Shown: positions 8,195-17,203, counted from the first letter of the stretch. The stretch is 64,000 nt of DNA from Thermodesulfobacteriota bacterium (GCA_049320885.1 JBMORA010000063.1:96001-160000); one strand, 5' to 3'. Notes: generated from the letters alone by a model not told the origin. Numbers and translations are program-made.

Positions 8195-10842
8195 GGCGTT
8201 CCCCCTTCCGTTTTTTCAATGCCCACCGGGCAGCAGTTCCAACCCGGGGAAGCCGAATCCATCAGTGGCGTCAGGCCCAGCAGACGGCGGGCCTGATTCG
8301 ATTCTTCCCCCTGGGGCAGCCAGACCAGACCGGACCGCAGCTGCCGGTCAATCCGGACCCGTCCATGCAACGATCCCGCTGGAGAAGTCAACCGGATGGT
8401 GTCGCCCTCCGCGACGCCCCATTGGACGGCATCCTCCTCGGAGACGGCGATGCCTTCCCGGTCCTTGAAAGCGGCGATACGCGGCGACAGTGCCGTGCGC
8501 GTCCCGCTGCCCAGATGATATCGCGGGGATCCGATGACCGCCATGAATGGATATGCGGGGTCCACCGGCTCCTGAACGGAGGTTTTCACGGCTGAAAACG
8601 GGATCGCCTGTTCACCGCCTTCCCGCCTCTGGATCCAAACCAGCTGCCCGCTGCGCGAGCTGCGGGCATACAAGGGCAGCACCTGACCGATTTCAGCCCG
8701 CACTTCTGCCAGGGAGGCGGGCGGGCGCTCGTCTCCCAGATGCCGCGCAAGGGAGATCAGGATCGCGAGATCCGGCCTGGCCTGGCCCGGCGGATCCGCC
8801 GCGGCCGACAGCTGTTGCAGACGGCCTTCCATGTTGACGAAGGCGCCCTCCTTCTCCGAAAAGGCCGCTCCGGGAAGCACGATGTGAGAATCGGCGACGG
8901 TCTCGGTGAGCAGGATATCCTGGGTGACGATAAGTTCGAGTCTGGACAAGGCCGCCTTCACGCGTTCCGGCTGGGGCAGGCTTCGCAGCGGGTTCTCGCC
9001 CATGATGAACATCCCTTTGAGACGGCCCTCCTCGGCCGCCTGAATCATGGCCACCAGATCCAGCCCCGGTTCGGCGGGCAGGTCGGTCCGCCAGACCGCC
9101 TCCCATTCCCTGCGGGCCTCCTTGTCCGCCACCGGCCGCCTGCCGGGCAGGGCATCCGGGACGCTGCCCATGTCCCAGGCGCCCACCATGTTGTTTTCCT
9201 TGGCCGGGATATAGAAACCGGCGCCTTTGTGGGCGATGCTGCCGGTCAGCATGGCCAGGTTGAGCAGCGCATCGACGGTTTCCAGGCCGGAGCGCTGCTT
9301 CAGGATGCCGTCGCCGATCACAAAGGCGATTTTTTTGTGACTCAACAGGTCCACCGCTTTTGCCAGGGATTCCTTTGCAAGTCCCGTCCGCCGGCAGATC
9401 AGCGACAGATCCAGAGCGCCCAGGCTTTCGGTGTATCGCCGGAATCCCTCGACAAACCGTTCCACAAAGGAAGCGTCATGGTTGTTCCGGGCCAGCATCA
9501 TCGCGGCGACGGCATGGACCAGATCCGCATCGGACCCGGGCTGGAGCGCCAGCCATAGAGCGCTGTATCCGGCAAGCTCGGTTTTTCGCGGATCAACGAC
9601 GATGATAGGGGTACCGTTGACGGCGCTGCGTTTGAGATAATATCCCATAACCGGCATGGAATGGGTCGGATCGGCGCCCATCACCAGGATCGCATCGCTT
9701 TTTTCCAGTCCGGCCAGGGAGCCGGCGAAAAAATGAAAGCGCCCGCCGCCGTCAGTGCGATTTTCAATGCTGCTAAGCAGTCGCCGTCCCAGTATGTAGC
9801 CGCCGTTGTCCAGGTTGTTGGTCTTCAGCAGGCTCCGGGCGATTTTTTGAAACAGATAATTTTCCTCGTTGGTGCATTTGGATGACCCCAGGAAAGCAAT
9901 GCTCCGCGGCCCATGGCGTTCCTTCAGCGCCAAAAGCCGCTGCGCCGTTTCCCGCAGGGCGTCGTCCCAGGATACGGCCTCGAGGGTTCCGTTTCTGCGG
10001 ATCAGGGGGTGCACGAGCCTTCTTTCGCTGTTCAGAAAATCATGACCGAAATGTCCTCGCACGCAAAGAGTGGTCCCATTCACGGATTTGGAATCCATGG
10101 CGGGATTGGCCTCAACGATCCTTCCATTGGAAGCACCGAGCCGCAGGCGGCAACCCACTCCGCAGAAGCCGCAGACCGTATCCACTTCCCGTTCGGGGAC
10201 GCCCACGTATCCGGAACGGATGGTCAAGGCGCCGGTGGGACAGACCGCGACGCAGGTGCCGCAGAAGGTGCAGCCGGACCGTTCCAGGGGTCTGTCCTGC
10301 AGGGTCGCCGGATAGGAACGGATGCCCCGCATGGAATAATCGATGGCACCGGTGACCACCAGTTCGTGATCGGCCCGGATGCATTTGCCGCAGAGGATGC
10401 ACTTGGAGAGATCCCGATAGATAAACGGGTTGAGCTGGTCGGGGGTCTTATCGCCGGGCATGGGGTCCAGCCGGATCGCCCCGACACCGAGATCGGCGGC
10501 CGCCCGGCGGAGACCACAACGGTTGCCTTTGTCGCAAACGATGCAGGATTCCGGATGAGCGGCCAGCATCAGGGTAACAATATTGCGGCGATGGGTGAGA
10601 ACCCGGGGGCTGTCGGTCAGAATCGCCATGTTTTGAGCCGCGGGAGTCACGCAGGACGCCAGGAGCCGGCCGCTTTTCTGTTCTTCCACCAGACATACGC
10701 GGCAGGCGCCGAAAGGTTTGAGATCCGGATGATGACAGAGCGTGGGAATGCGGAAACCGTTCTGGACGGCTGCGTCCAGCAGGCTCTCTCCCGGATTGCA
10801 ATGGATGGATTTGCCGTTGATGGTCAGGGTGATGACTTCCAC
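8191..10842 (-). CDS. FdhA/NuoG-family Fe-S molybdopterin-fold subunit lacking the catalytic Cys/Sec (SfrA-like)
   Basis: IPTLC..GACRVC..ASC, HPESCIVC..C, CILCGKCIRADHE, CTFCGTCVAVCP, CGFCGVGC..LCVRG. The active-site segment reads NNLDNGGYIL instead of NNVDHCARL(C/U)H. GTG start follows an AAGGAGG RBS. Confidence 0.85.
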   Translation of the reverse strand: MEVITLTINGKSIHCNPGESLLDAAVQNGFRIPTLCHHPDLKPFGACRVCLVEEQKSGRLLASCVTPAAQNMAILTDSPRVLTHRRNIVTLMLAAHPESCIVCDKGNRCGLRRAAADLGVGAIRLDPMPGDKTPDQLNPFIYRDLSKCILCGKCIRADHELVVTGAIDYSMRGIRSYPATLQDRPLERSGCTFCGTCVAVCPTGALTIRSGYVGVPEREVDTVCGFCGVGCRLRLGASNGRIVEANPAMDSKSVNGTTLCVRGHFGHDFLNSERRLVHPLIRRNGTLEAVSWDDALRETAQRLLALKERHGPRSIAFLGSSKCTNEENYLFQKIARSLLKTNNLDNGGYILGRRLLSSIENRTDGGGRFHFFAGSLAGLEKSDAILVMGADPTHSMPVMGYYLKRSAVNGTPIIVVDPRKTELAGYSALWLALQPGSDADLVHAVAAMMLARNNHDASFVERFVEGFRRYTESLGALDLSLICRRTGLAKESLAKAVDLLSHKKIAFVIGDGILKQRSGLETVDALLNLAMLTGSIAHKGAGFYIPAKENNMVGAWDMGSVPDALPGRRPVADKEARREWEAVWRTDLPAEPGLDLVAMIQAAEEGRLKGMFIMGENPLRSLPQPERVKAALSRLELIVTQDILLTETVADSHIVLPGAAFSEKEGAFVNMEGRLQQLSAAADPPGQARPDLAILISLARHLGDERPPASLAEVRAEIGQVLPLYARSSRSGQLVWIQRREGGEQAIPFSAVKTSVQEPVDPAYPFMAVIGSPRYHLGSGTRTALSPRIAAFKDREGIAVSEEDAVQWGVAEGDTIRLTSPAGSLHGRVRIDRQLRSGLVWLPQGEESNQARRLLGLTPLMDSASPGWNCCPVGIEKTEGGTP

Positions 10843-10856
10843 AAGACCGCCTCCTT

Positions 10857-10958
10857 AGAAGTCCCTGTTCTGTCACTCCGTCCCGGATCGGAGTCCAGAA
10901 GCAATTATAAATACTGGATGACGGAGACCGAGAGTCTCGACTTTTACGAGTTCATCAA
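10857..10958. repeat. REP/MITE-like intergenic element with nested hairpins
   Basis: Stems ACTCCG/CGGAGT, TCCAG/CTGGA and GAGAC/GTCTC. Ends in GACTTTTACGAGTTCATCAA, which resembles, from recall, the terminus of a dispersed repeat in Desulfobacterales genomes. Confidence 0.5.
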
Positions 10959-10961
10959 GAT

Positions 10962-11837
10962 CTATTTCAGCTTGGCGGCGTCCAGATACAATTTCAGCTT
11001 GTCTTCGCCGCCGATGGTGATGATGTGAATGCCCTGGCAAAGATCCTTCAATCCGTTGACGAGGTCGGCGAACAGTTCGATACTGGCCTTCCTCTTGTCA
11101 TGGGCTCCGGCGAGCTTCTTGATGACCCAATCGGGAACCAGTCCGGACTTGAGATGACGATTCAGGAACTGGCCCACCCCGGCTGTTTGGAGAATCATCA
11201 CCTCCGCGATCACCGGAATCCCGAAGGTCTGGGTCTGCTTCAGGAATTTTTCAAAACGCTCCAGGTCGAACACCGGCGTGGTGAGAAAATAACCGGCGCC
11301 CATGCGGGTCATCTCCTCCATTTCCTTGAGCTCGAGTTCCGGCACGTTTTTGCCCCAGGCGGATTCCACACCCGACCCGAGCACGAACTCCGCGGGTTTT
11401 GGAAGGGGTTGGCCGTCCACGGTCTGACCGGTCTTCAAATGCTCCAGAACCGAGGCCAGTTTTCCGGCATCCACATGGAAAAACATCATTTCCTGGAGAC
11501 TGTCGCCGGTAATGCGGTAATCCTCGGTGAATACCAGCAGGTTTTCGACCCCGGACTGATGGGCGCTCAGCAGGTCTTTCTGCAATTGCAGGCGGTTTTT
11601 CTGGCGGGTGGTGGTCTGGTAGATGGCTTCGAAACGGTTCTGCTGGAGGATATCGCAGGTCTTGATGGTATCCCCCACCACGCCTTCCAGTTCAATCTCG
11701 GAGATGGATACGCCGTCCACCCGGCCCCGGATGAGCTTCAGGTTGTCGATCAGATCGTCCGGGCCCTCACCCAAGGGCGACTGCACCTCGGAAGTGACGA
11801 CGAATTTGCCGTTCTTGAGCGCTTCTTTCAATTTCAT
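10962..11837 (-). CDS. Divergent MetF-like (MTHFR family) protein
   Basis: KFVVTSEVQSP, TTRQKNRLQLQ, LVFTED, GAGYFLTTPVFD, GIHIITIG; same length and layout as MetF. Start MKLKEALK follows GGAGG. Confidence 0.8.
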   Translation of the reverse strand: MKLKEALKNGKFVVTSEVQSPLGEGPDDLIDNLKLIRGRVDGVSISEIELEGVVGDTIKTCDILQQNRFEAIYQTTTRQKNRLQLQKDLLSAHQSGVENLLVFTEDYRITGDSLQEMMFFHVDAGKLASVLEHLKTGQTVDGQPLPKPAEFVLGSGVESAWGKNVPELELKEMEEMTRMGAGYFLTTPVFDLERFEKFLKQTQTFGIPVIAEVMILQTAGVGQFLNRHLKSGLVPDWVIKKLAGAHDKRKASIELFADLVNGLKDLCQGIHIITIGGEDKLKLYLDAAKLK

Positions 11838-11903
11838 ATCGACCTCCCCGGCGGTTTTCGACACCGCGGCGGACATGGCTGCCGAATGAGAAAGGCCGTA
11901 AGA

Positions 11904-12476
11904 TCACTTCAGTCCCAACAGGCGCGCAACTTCTTCCTTCAACTGGGGCAGGGGCAGGGGTTTGGAAAAGCAGACATCGGCGCCATTGTCCTTCATTTGT
12001 TTGAACTTCTCCTCATCCAGATAGGCGGACAGCACAATGATTTTCGTTTCTCCGGTCTCCGGATTGGATTTGATTTTCCGGCAGACCTCATAGCCTTTGA
12101 TATCCGGCATCATGATATCGAGAATCAGCACATGGGGTTTGAAATGATTGACCTGCAGCCCGGCCTCGAAACCGTCCGAGGCCGAAATCACTTCGTAATC
12201 GTATTCGTCCTCCTCCAATGCCTGGACAAGGGTCTCAACGATGATGGGATCGTCGTCCACCACCAGAATCCGCTTGCGCTGATCCTGCGGCTCTTTCTCG
12301 GGAACGGGAATCCCCTGTTTGGCCATGAAGCTCTTCAGAATCGACAGTTTTATGCGGCGATGGCCGCCCACGGTTTTATACGCCTCGATATGGCCCGAAT
12401 CGATCCAGTTGATAATGGTTTGCGGTGACACATTGCAGTATTTGCTGGCTTTGGCAACGGTCAGGATGTCTTCCAT
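11904..12476 (-). CDS. Response regulator with an N-terminal excisionase-like (HTH_17/MerR-like) DNA-binding domain and a C-terminal REC domain
   Basis: LTVAKASKYCNVSPQTIINWIDSGHIEAYKTVGGHRRI, then ILVVDDD..ILDIMMP..VLSAY..FSKP. Confidence 0.9.
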   Translation of the reverse strand: MEDILTVAKASKYCNVSPQTIINWIDSGHIEAYKTVGGHRRIKLSILKSFMAKQGIPVPEKEPQDQRKRILVVDDDPIIVETLVQALEEDEYDYEVISASDGFEAGLQVNHFKPHVLILDIMMPDIKGYEVCRKIKSNPETGETKIIVLSAYLDEEKFKQMKDNGADVCFSKPLPLPQLKEEVARLLGLK

Positions 12477-12532
12477 GAGGATACCCCCCTTTTCTGGTGG
12501 TGGCGGGGAAAATTGTTTCTGATTTATAATTA

Positions 12533-12592
12533 TTTTAGTTTTTTTAGTTTGTCAACACTTATTTTGTTTTAGTTTTTTTAGTTTTTATAGAT
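12533..12592 (-). promoter_or_regulatory. AT-rich promoter with 9-bp-period direct repeats flanking a TTGACA -35
   Basis: The identical 18-mer TTTTAGTTTTTTTAGTTT occurs at 12533-12550 and 12567-12584. AG cores fall at 12537, 12546, 12571, 12580 and 12589. Minus-strand TTGACA at 12555-12550; the -10 is ambiguous. Confidence 0.65.
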
Positions 12593-12655
12593 TTTTTATA
12601 TATTAAATAAACTACTGGTACCCTCCGGATAATAGAGGCAGCGGGATTCCGCGAA

Positions 12656-14500
12656 TCAAGCGGTGGGTTCGTTTTCAGCAGGCGGATGGGAGGGGAGCAG
12701 GATGGTGAAGGTGGTGCCGGAGTCCACGGCGCTTTGCACCTGGATATCACCGCCGTGATCCTTGATAAAACCGTAACACACCGAAAGCCCGAGACCGACC
12801 CCCTTGACGCTTTCCTTGGTGGTGAAAAAGGCGTCGAAAATTTTGGGCAGGTTTTCCTCGCGGATACCCATCCCCGTGTCGGTTATCCGGACCCGGATCT
12901 CCTTGTCGTTGCGGCCGGTTTCCACCGTCAGAACGCCGCCGCCGGGCATGGCGTCACGGGCGTTGGCGATCATGTTGAGAAATACCTGGCGCAGCTGGTT
13001 TTTGGAAGCAAACACCACGCAAGGCTCCGGGCAGTAATGGGGCTCGATGGCGATGTTGTTTTCGCGGAATTGCTTTTCATGCAGGAGCAGGATTTCATCC
13101 AGGATGGTGTTGATATCCGTGGGCTGCCGGATCTCCTGATCCGGTTTGGAAAATGTCAGCATCTTCCGGAGCAGTTCGCTCAAACGGACGGTTTCGGACA
13201 GGGCCATGTCCAGAATTTTGCGGCGACGGTTTCCCGGCTGAATTTCGGTTTTCATCAGCTCCAGGGTGTTCATGATGCCGTACAGGGGGTTGTTCAACTC
13301 ATGGGCCACCTGGGATGTCAGACGGCCCATGGCGGACAGCTTCTCCGCCTGAAGCAGTTGTTCCTGGGTCTGACGCAGACGGCGTTCCATATCCAGGCGC
13401 TCCTTCAGATCCACAAAAATCCCCACGGTGGCCAACTCCTTGCCAGCATCGTCGTATAGAATCGCCGCCGAGAGATTGCCTTCCACGATTTTGCCGTCCC
13501 GTCGCATGTAGACGATGGGATAGGAGCGGAGGCGTCCGGCCCTGTCGTGGTCCGGCCGGCGCAGCATCTGCATGACCTTGCGGGCCATGCCCTGGGGATA
13601 GATTTCCGTTATATTCATCCTGCCGATGACCTCCTCGGTCTTATAGCCCAGGATTTCCTCCGCGGCCCGATTCCAGATCAGCATCCGGCCGCGCATGTCC
13701 GCGGCCATGACGGCATTCGGCGAACTGTGGATGATCTTGTTCAGGAAGTCGTTCACTTCCCGGATTTCCTTCTCCATCCGTTTGCGCTGGGTCTGGTCGA
13801 CGATGATGCCTTCGTAACCGATCACATTGCCCTGTTCATCGCAACGCACATGGCCCGTGAGCAGGACGGGAATGGGACTGCCGTCCCGGCGCTTGAATTC
13901 GATTTCGTATTCAACCACCTGCCCGGCCGTTTCAATTTCCTGCTGGAAGCGTTTCCGGTCTTCCGGCCGCAGGTAGAGATCCTGCAGAATATTGATGTTC
14001 AGAAATTCTTCCTTGCTGTCATAACCGAACATGTGGAGAAGCGCCTGATTGGCGTCCAGGAATTTCCCTTCCTTGCTGCTGATGTAGACGCCGCACCCCA
14101 CGTGCTCGAAAAGACGCCGGTAATCCCGTTCCGTGGCCTTCAGCTTTTCGGTTCTCTGTTTTTCCTGGGTGATATCGCGATAAACGCTCAGTTTGAGGAT
14201 ATCGCCGTCTGCTTTTTTCAGCGGCAGGTTCATGACATCGTAGCTCTTGTTCAGCCACGGCATATGCAATTCGCGGTGAAACGCTTCGCCGCCGAAAACC
14301 CCTTCCGATTTGCATTCGGCGCAAATCTGTTCGCTCCGGGCAATGAACCGGTGGCATTTTTCACCGATACCCTGGCCGAAATCCCGGATCATGGCGGCAT
14401 TCATGTATTGAATGGTGTAATGGCGGTCGGTGATATAGACGCCGTCCTTCATGGCGTCAAAGACCGAAATCATGTTTTGCAGTTCTTTCCGTATCGGCAT
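12656..14500 (-). CDS. Cytoplasmic multi-PAS sensor histidine kinase
   Basis: Three PAS domains, H-box QVAHELNNPL, NMIANARDA, FDAFFTTK..GVGLGL. Start uncertain (14500 or 14473). Confidence 0.88.
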   Translation of the reverse strand: MPIRKELQNMISVFDAMKDGVYITDRHYTIQYMNAAMIRDFGQGIGEKCHRFIARSEQICAECKSEGVFGGEAFHRELHMPWLNKSYDVMNLPLKKADGDILKLSVYRDITQEKQRTEKLKATERDYRRLFEHVGCGVYISSKEGKFLDANQALLHMFGYDSKEEFLNINILQDLYLRPEDRKRFQQEIETAGQVVEYEIEFKRRDGSPIPVLLTGHVRCDEQGNVIGYEGIIVDQTQRKRMEKEIREVNDFLNKIIHSSPNAVMAADMRGRMLIWNRAAEEILGYKTEEVIGRMNITEIYPQGMARKVMQMLRRPDHDRAGRLRSYPIVYMRRDGKIVEGNLSAAILYDDAGKELATVGIFVDLKERLDMERRLRQTQEQLLQAEKLSAMGRLTSQVAHELNNPLYGIMNTLELMKTEIQPGNRRRKILDMALSETVRLSELLRKMLTFSKPDQEIRQPTDINTILDEILLLHEKQFRENNIAIEPHYCPEPCVVFASKNQLRQVFLNMIANARDAMPGGGVLTVETGRNDKEIRVRITDTGMGIREENLPKIFDAFFTTKESVKGVGLGLSVCYGFIKDHGGDIQVQSAVDSGTTFTILLPSHPPAENEPTA

Positions 14501-14523
14501 CGATTTGCGGAATTCGCCGGGCC

Positions 14524-16500
14524 TCAAGACCCGGCGGTGGCCCCTTTTTCCAGGGCCACCATGCCCATCTGATAACAACGCAGGCAGCGGGAGGCCTCCT
14601 CCAACGCCTGGGGCAATGTATAACCGGTTTCAATTTCAGCCAAACTGCCGACCCTCTCTTCCAACGGAATCGTCGGCATGGGCACCCGCTCCTCGGACGG
14701 CAATATCGGTCGCGGGGCCTCGCCTTCGACCCCCAGCATCCTCATCAGCTTGTCCATTTTTTCAGCAGCGGAAAGGCTGACGGGTTGATGGTTCAGGTAT
14801 TGATCGATGCTTTCGGCCGCTCGTTTACCGTGAGCGCAGGCGTCCACGATGGTCAAGGGACCGCTGTAAACATCTCCGGCGGTGAAAATCCAGGGCACAT
14901 GGGTCTGATACGTGTCCGGATCCGCCACGATGGTTTTCCAGCGGGTCAGCTGGACCCCTTCCACCCCGTTCAACACTGTCAGATCACTCTCTTGTCCGAT
15001 GGCCTGAATGATGATATCCGCCGGGACCACGAATTCGGAACCTTTCACCTCCCGGGGGCTTCTCCTGCCGCTGGCATCCGGTTCGCCCAGCTCCATCCGG
15101 ATGCATTCCATCCCGACGACCTTGCCATCTTCCGCGATGATTTGTTTGGGCGCGGCCAGGAACAAATATTTGACGCCCTCGATTTCCGAATCGTGAACCT
15201 CATGGGGATCAGCTGGCAACTCCTTTTTGGTCCGGCGATACACCACGGTTACCTCCGCGGCGCCCTTTCGGATGGGGGTTCGGCAGCAGTCCATGGCCAC
15301 ATTGCCGCCGCCCACGACGACAATCCGCTTGTCTTTCAAATCATAACATTGGGAGATCACGCAATCGCGAAGATAATCCACGCCGGTGATGAACCCCTCG
15401 TAGCCTTCATCCTCCCCCTTGGCCCCCATTTTTTTGGATATATGGGCGCCGATGGAAATCAGAACCGCCTGGTACCCCTGGTCCCGAAGCATGGGGATGG
15501 TCAGCTCCTTTCCGATGGGAGTGTCATAGCGGATCTCAACGCCCATGCCGCGAACAAAATCCACTTCCCGCTGCAGCACTTCCTTGGGAACCCGGTATTG
15601 AGGGATACCCACGCCCACCATGCCGCCGGAAACCGGCAGCGACTCGAAAACCGTCACCCGATAACCCATGAGCGCCAGATAGTAGGCCGCGGACAGTCCG
15701 GCCGGTCCGGCGCCGATAACCGCCACTTTTTCTTCCCGGAGGGATTTGGCCGGATTCCCGGGTTTCGCCACCGGGTGGGTATCCTCGAAATCCCAGGCGA
15801 AGCGTTTCAGCTTGCAGATGGAAACCGGTTTGCCGGAGTACCCCCGCCGGCAATTGGTTTCGCATGGATGGAAACAGGCCCGGCCCAGGGAGGCCGCCAT
15901 TGGGCTGGCCTCCCGAATAATTTTCAGTGATCCCAAATGGTTACCTTCATGAATACACTCAACGAAACCAGGGATGTCCATCCCCGCCGGACAGGCGGAA
16001 TAACAGGGCGCGGTCCATCTGGCGGCATACCGCGTGTCGGTGCGAAGCGGTTTCCTGGAATGAATCAGGTCCATGAATTCGTTCTTGAAATACCGCAGGG
16101 CGTGCTGAATCGGAATGGGAACGGTTTTCCCGATATAGCATTTCGACCCCATGGATATGTAATCGGCCAGTTCGGCAAGCCGGTTCAAATCCTGTTCGTC
16201 GCCCTGCCCCGCCACGATTTTCCTCAGGATCGTCGCCATGGCTTCCGTGCCCATCCGGCAGGGGAAACATTTGCCGCACGAGGCTTTCCCGGCCTCCTCG
16301 ACGTAGTGAAGACACATATCCGCCATTCGTACGGAATCCGCAAGCAGAATGATTCCCGCCCATCCCATGAATGCGCCGATCCGGTTTTCCGGATCAAATT
16401 CCTTTGGCAGCTTGATGGCGGGGGCATTCAGGCGTTTGCCCGGTTCCATCCCCCGATTGTCAATGACCTCGTTGTTCCAAGAAGAAAATAGTACTTCCAT
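14524..16500 (-). CDS. SfrB-like FAD/Fe-S NADPH oxidoreductase (NuoF-type 4Fe-4S domain plus GltD-like domain)
   Basis: N-terminus VLFSSW..IDNR..FMGWAGIIL recalls Geobacter SfrB. Also SCGKCFPCRMG, APCYSACP, GAGPAG, GGGNVAMD, VYRRT, RCLRC. AGGAGA RBS. Confidence 0.85.
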   Translation of the reverse strand: MEVLFSSWNNEVIDNRGMEPGKRLNAPAIKLPKEFDPENRIGAFMGWAGIILLADSVRMADMCLHYVEEAGKASCGKCFPCRMGTEAMATILRKIVAGQGDEQDLNRLAELADYISMGSKCYIGKTVPIPIQHALRYFKNEFMDLIHSRKPLRTDTRYAARWTAPCYSACPAGMDIPGFVECIHEGNHLGSLKIIREASPMAASLGRACFHPCETNCRRGYSGKPVSICKLKRFAWDFEDTHPVAKPGNPAKSLREEKVAVIGAGPAGLSAAYYLALMGYRVTVFESLPVSGGMVGVGIPQYRVPKEVLQREVDFVRGMGVEIRYDTPIGKELTIPMLRDQGYQAVLISIGAHISKKMGAKGEDEGYEGFITGVDYLRDCVISQCYDLKDKRIVVVGGGNVAMDCCRTPIRKGAAEVTVVYRRTKKELPADPHEVHDSEIEGVKYLFLAAPKQIIAEDGKVVGMECIRMELGEPDASGRRSPREVKGSEFVVPADIIIQAIGQESDLTVLNGVEGVQLTRWKTIVADPDTYQTHVPWIFTAGDVYSGPLTIVDACAHGKRAAESIDQYLNHQPVSLSAAEKMDKLMRMLGVEGEAPRPILPSEERVPMPTIPLEERVGSLAEIETGYTLPQALEEASRCLRCYQMGMVALEKGATAGS

Positions 16501-16558
16501 TGTTTCTCCTGACCCATCGCTTTCTTTTTTGCATCCGATAATCCGCTTTACCGGGCGA

Positions 16559-16789
16559 TCAGGTTTCGCACGGCGGCGTCGGAGCGATTTGTTGCAGTTC
16601 CCGGGACTGGACCTTGCGAATCCAGTATTTCCCCGCAATCAACGTCCCGATTGCCATGGGTAAATATGCACATAAAAAAACGGTTGTCAATGTTTCTTGA
16701 TCCCGGCTGGCCCAAAAGAGACAGGCCGTCAGCTCGATCAGCACCAGCACATCCAGGAAAACCACAACCAGACGTTGTCGGACAGACAT
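16559..16789 (-). CDS. Small membrane protein (76 aa, 2 TM)
   Basis: AAGGAGG RBS before the ATG; two hydrophobic segments. Confidence 0.7.
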   Translation of the reverse strand: MSVRQRLVVVFLDVLVLIELTACLFWASRDQETLTTVFLCAYLPMAIGTLIAGKYWIRKVQSRELQQIAPTPPCET

Positions 16790-16879
16790 ATTCCTCCTTA
16801 ATGACAATGGAAACCCGGCGCCATTGCAAGGGGGGCCGCTCCAGGGAACGGACACCCCCCGCAACCGTGAACCTCCAGG

Positions 16880-17203
16880 TTATTTTTTCATCAGATCCTG
16901 CTTGCTCACGTTCATGACCTTGTGAGCGACCCGGCTGGTCCCCTCTACTTTATAGGCGATTCTCAGGATGTCTCCGGGTTCCGGCGACATACCGATTTCC
17001 GCCTCCTTGACGTCATATTCGCTTTCGACTTCGGTGGGCCGGCCGTACTTGGCTTCCGGACTGAAATGGGTATCGAATTCCTTCAGTTTGATCACACCGT
17101 CCTTGAATTCGATGCATTCCCCTTGGACCACGTCCGACGCCATGGCGGTTGCCGTCATGATCAGCATGACAATCAGTAGGCCGATGGTTGCCTTCATCCT
17201 CAT
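16880..17203 (-). CDS. Secreted hypothetical protein (small beta-rich domain)
   Basis: Signal peptide ending TATAMA; AAAGGAGA RBS. Confidence 0.75.
   Translation of the reverse strand: MRMKATIGLLIVMLIMTATAMASDVVQGECIEFKDGVIKLKEFDTHFSPEAKYGRPTEVESEYDVKEAEIGMSPEPGDILRIAYKVEGTSRVAHKVMNVSKQDLMKK

Noticed and set aside
8191..10842. Annotation as a selenocysteine or cysteine formate dehydrogenase
   Set aside because: No in-frame TGA and no Cys/His at the catalytic position.
11904..12476. Prophage or integrative element inferred from the excisionase-like domain
   Set aside because: The domain is fused to REC and paired with a kinase; no integrase, att site or phage genes were seen.
12533..12592. 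CRISPR array, replication origin or simple-sequence artefact
   Set aside because: The units are only 9 bp with no spacers and no DnaA boxes; their position around a -35 favours an operator.
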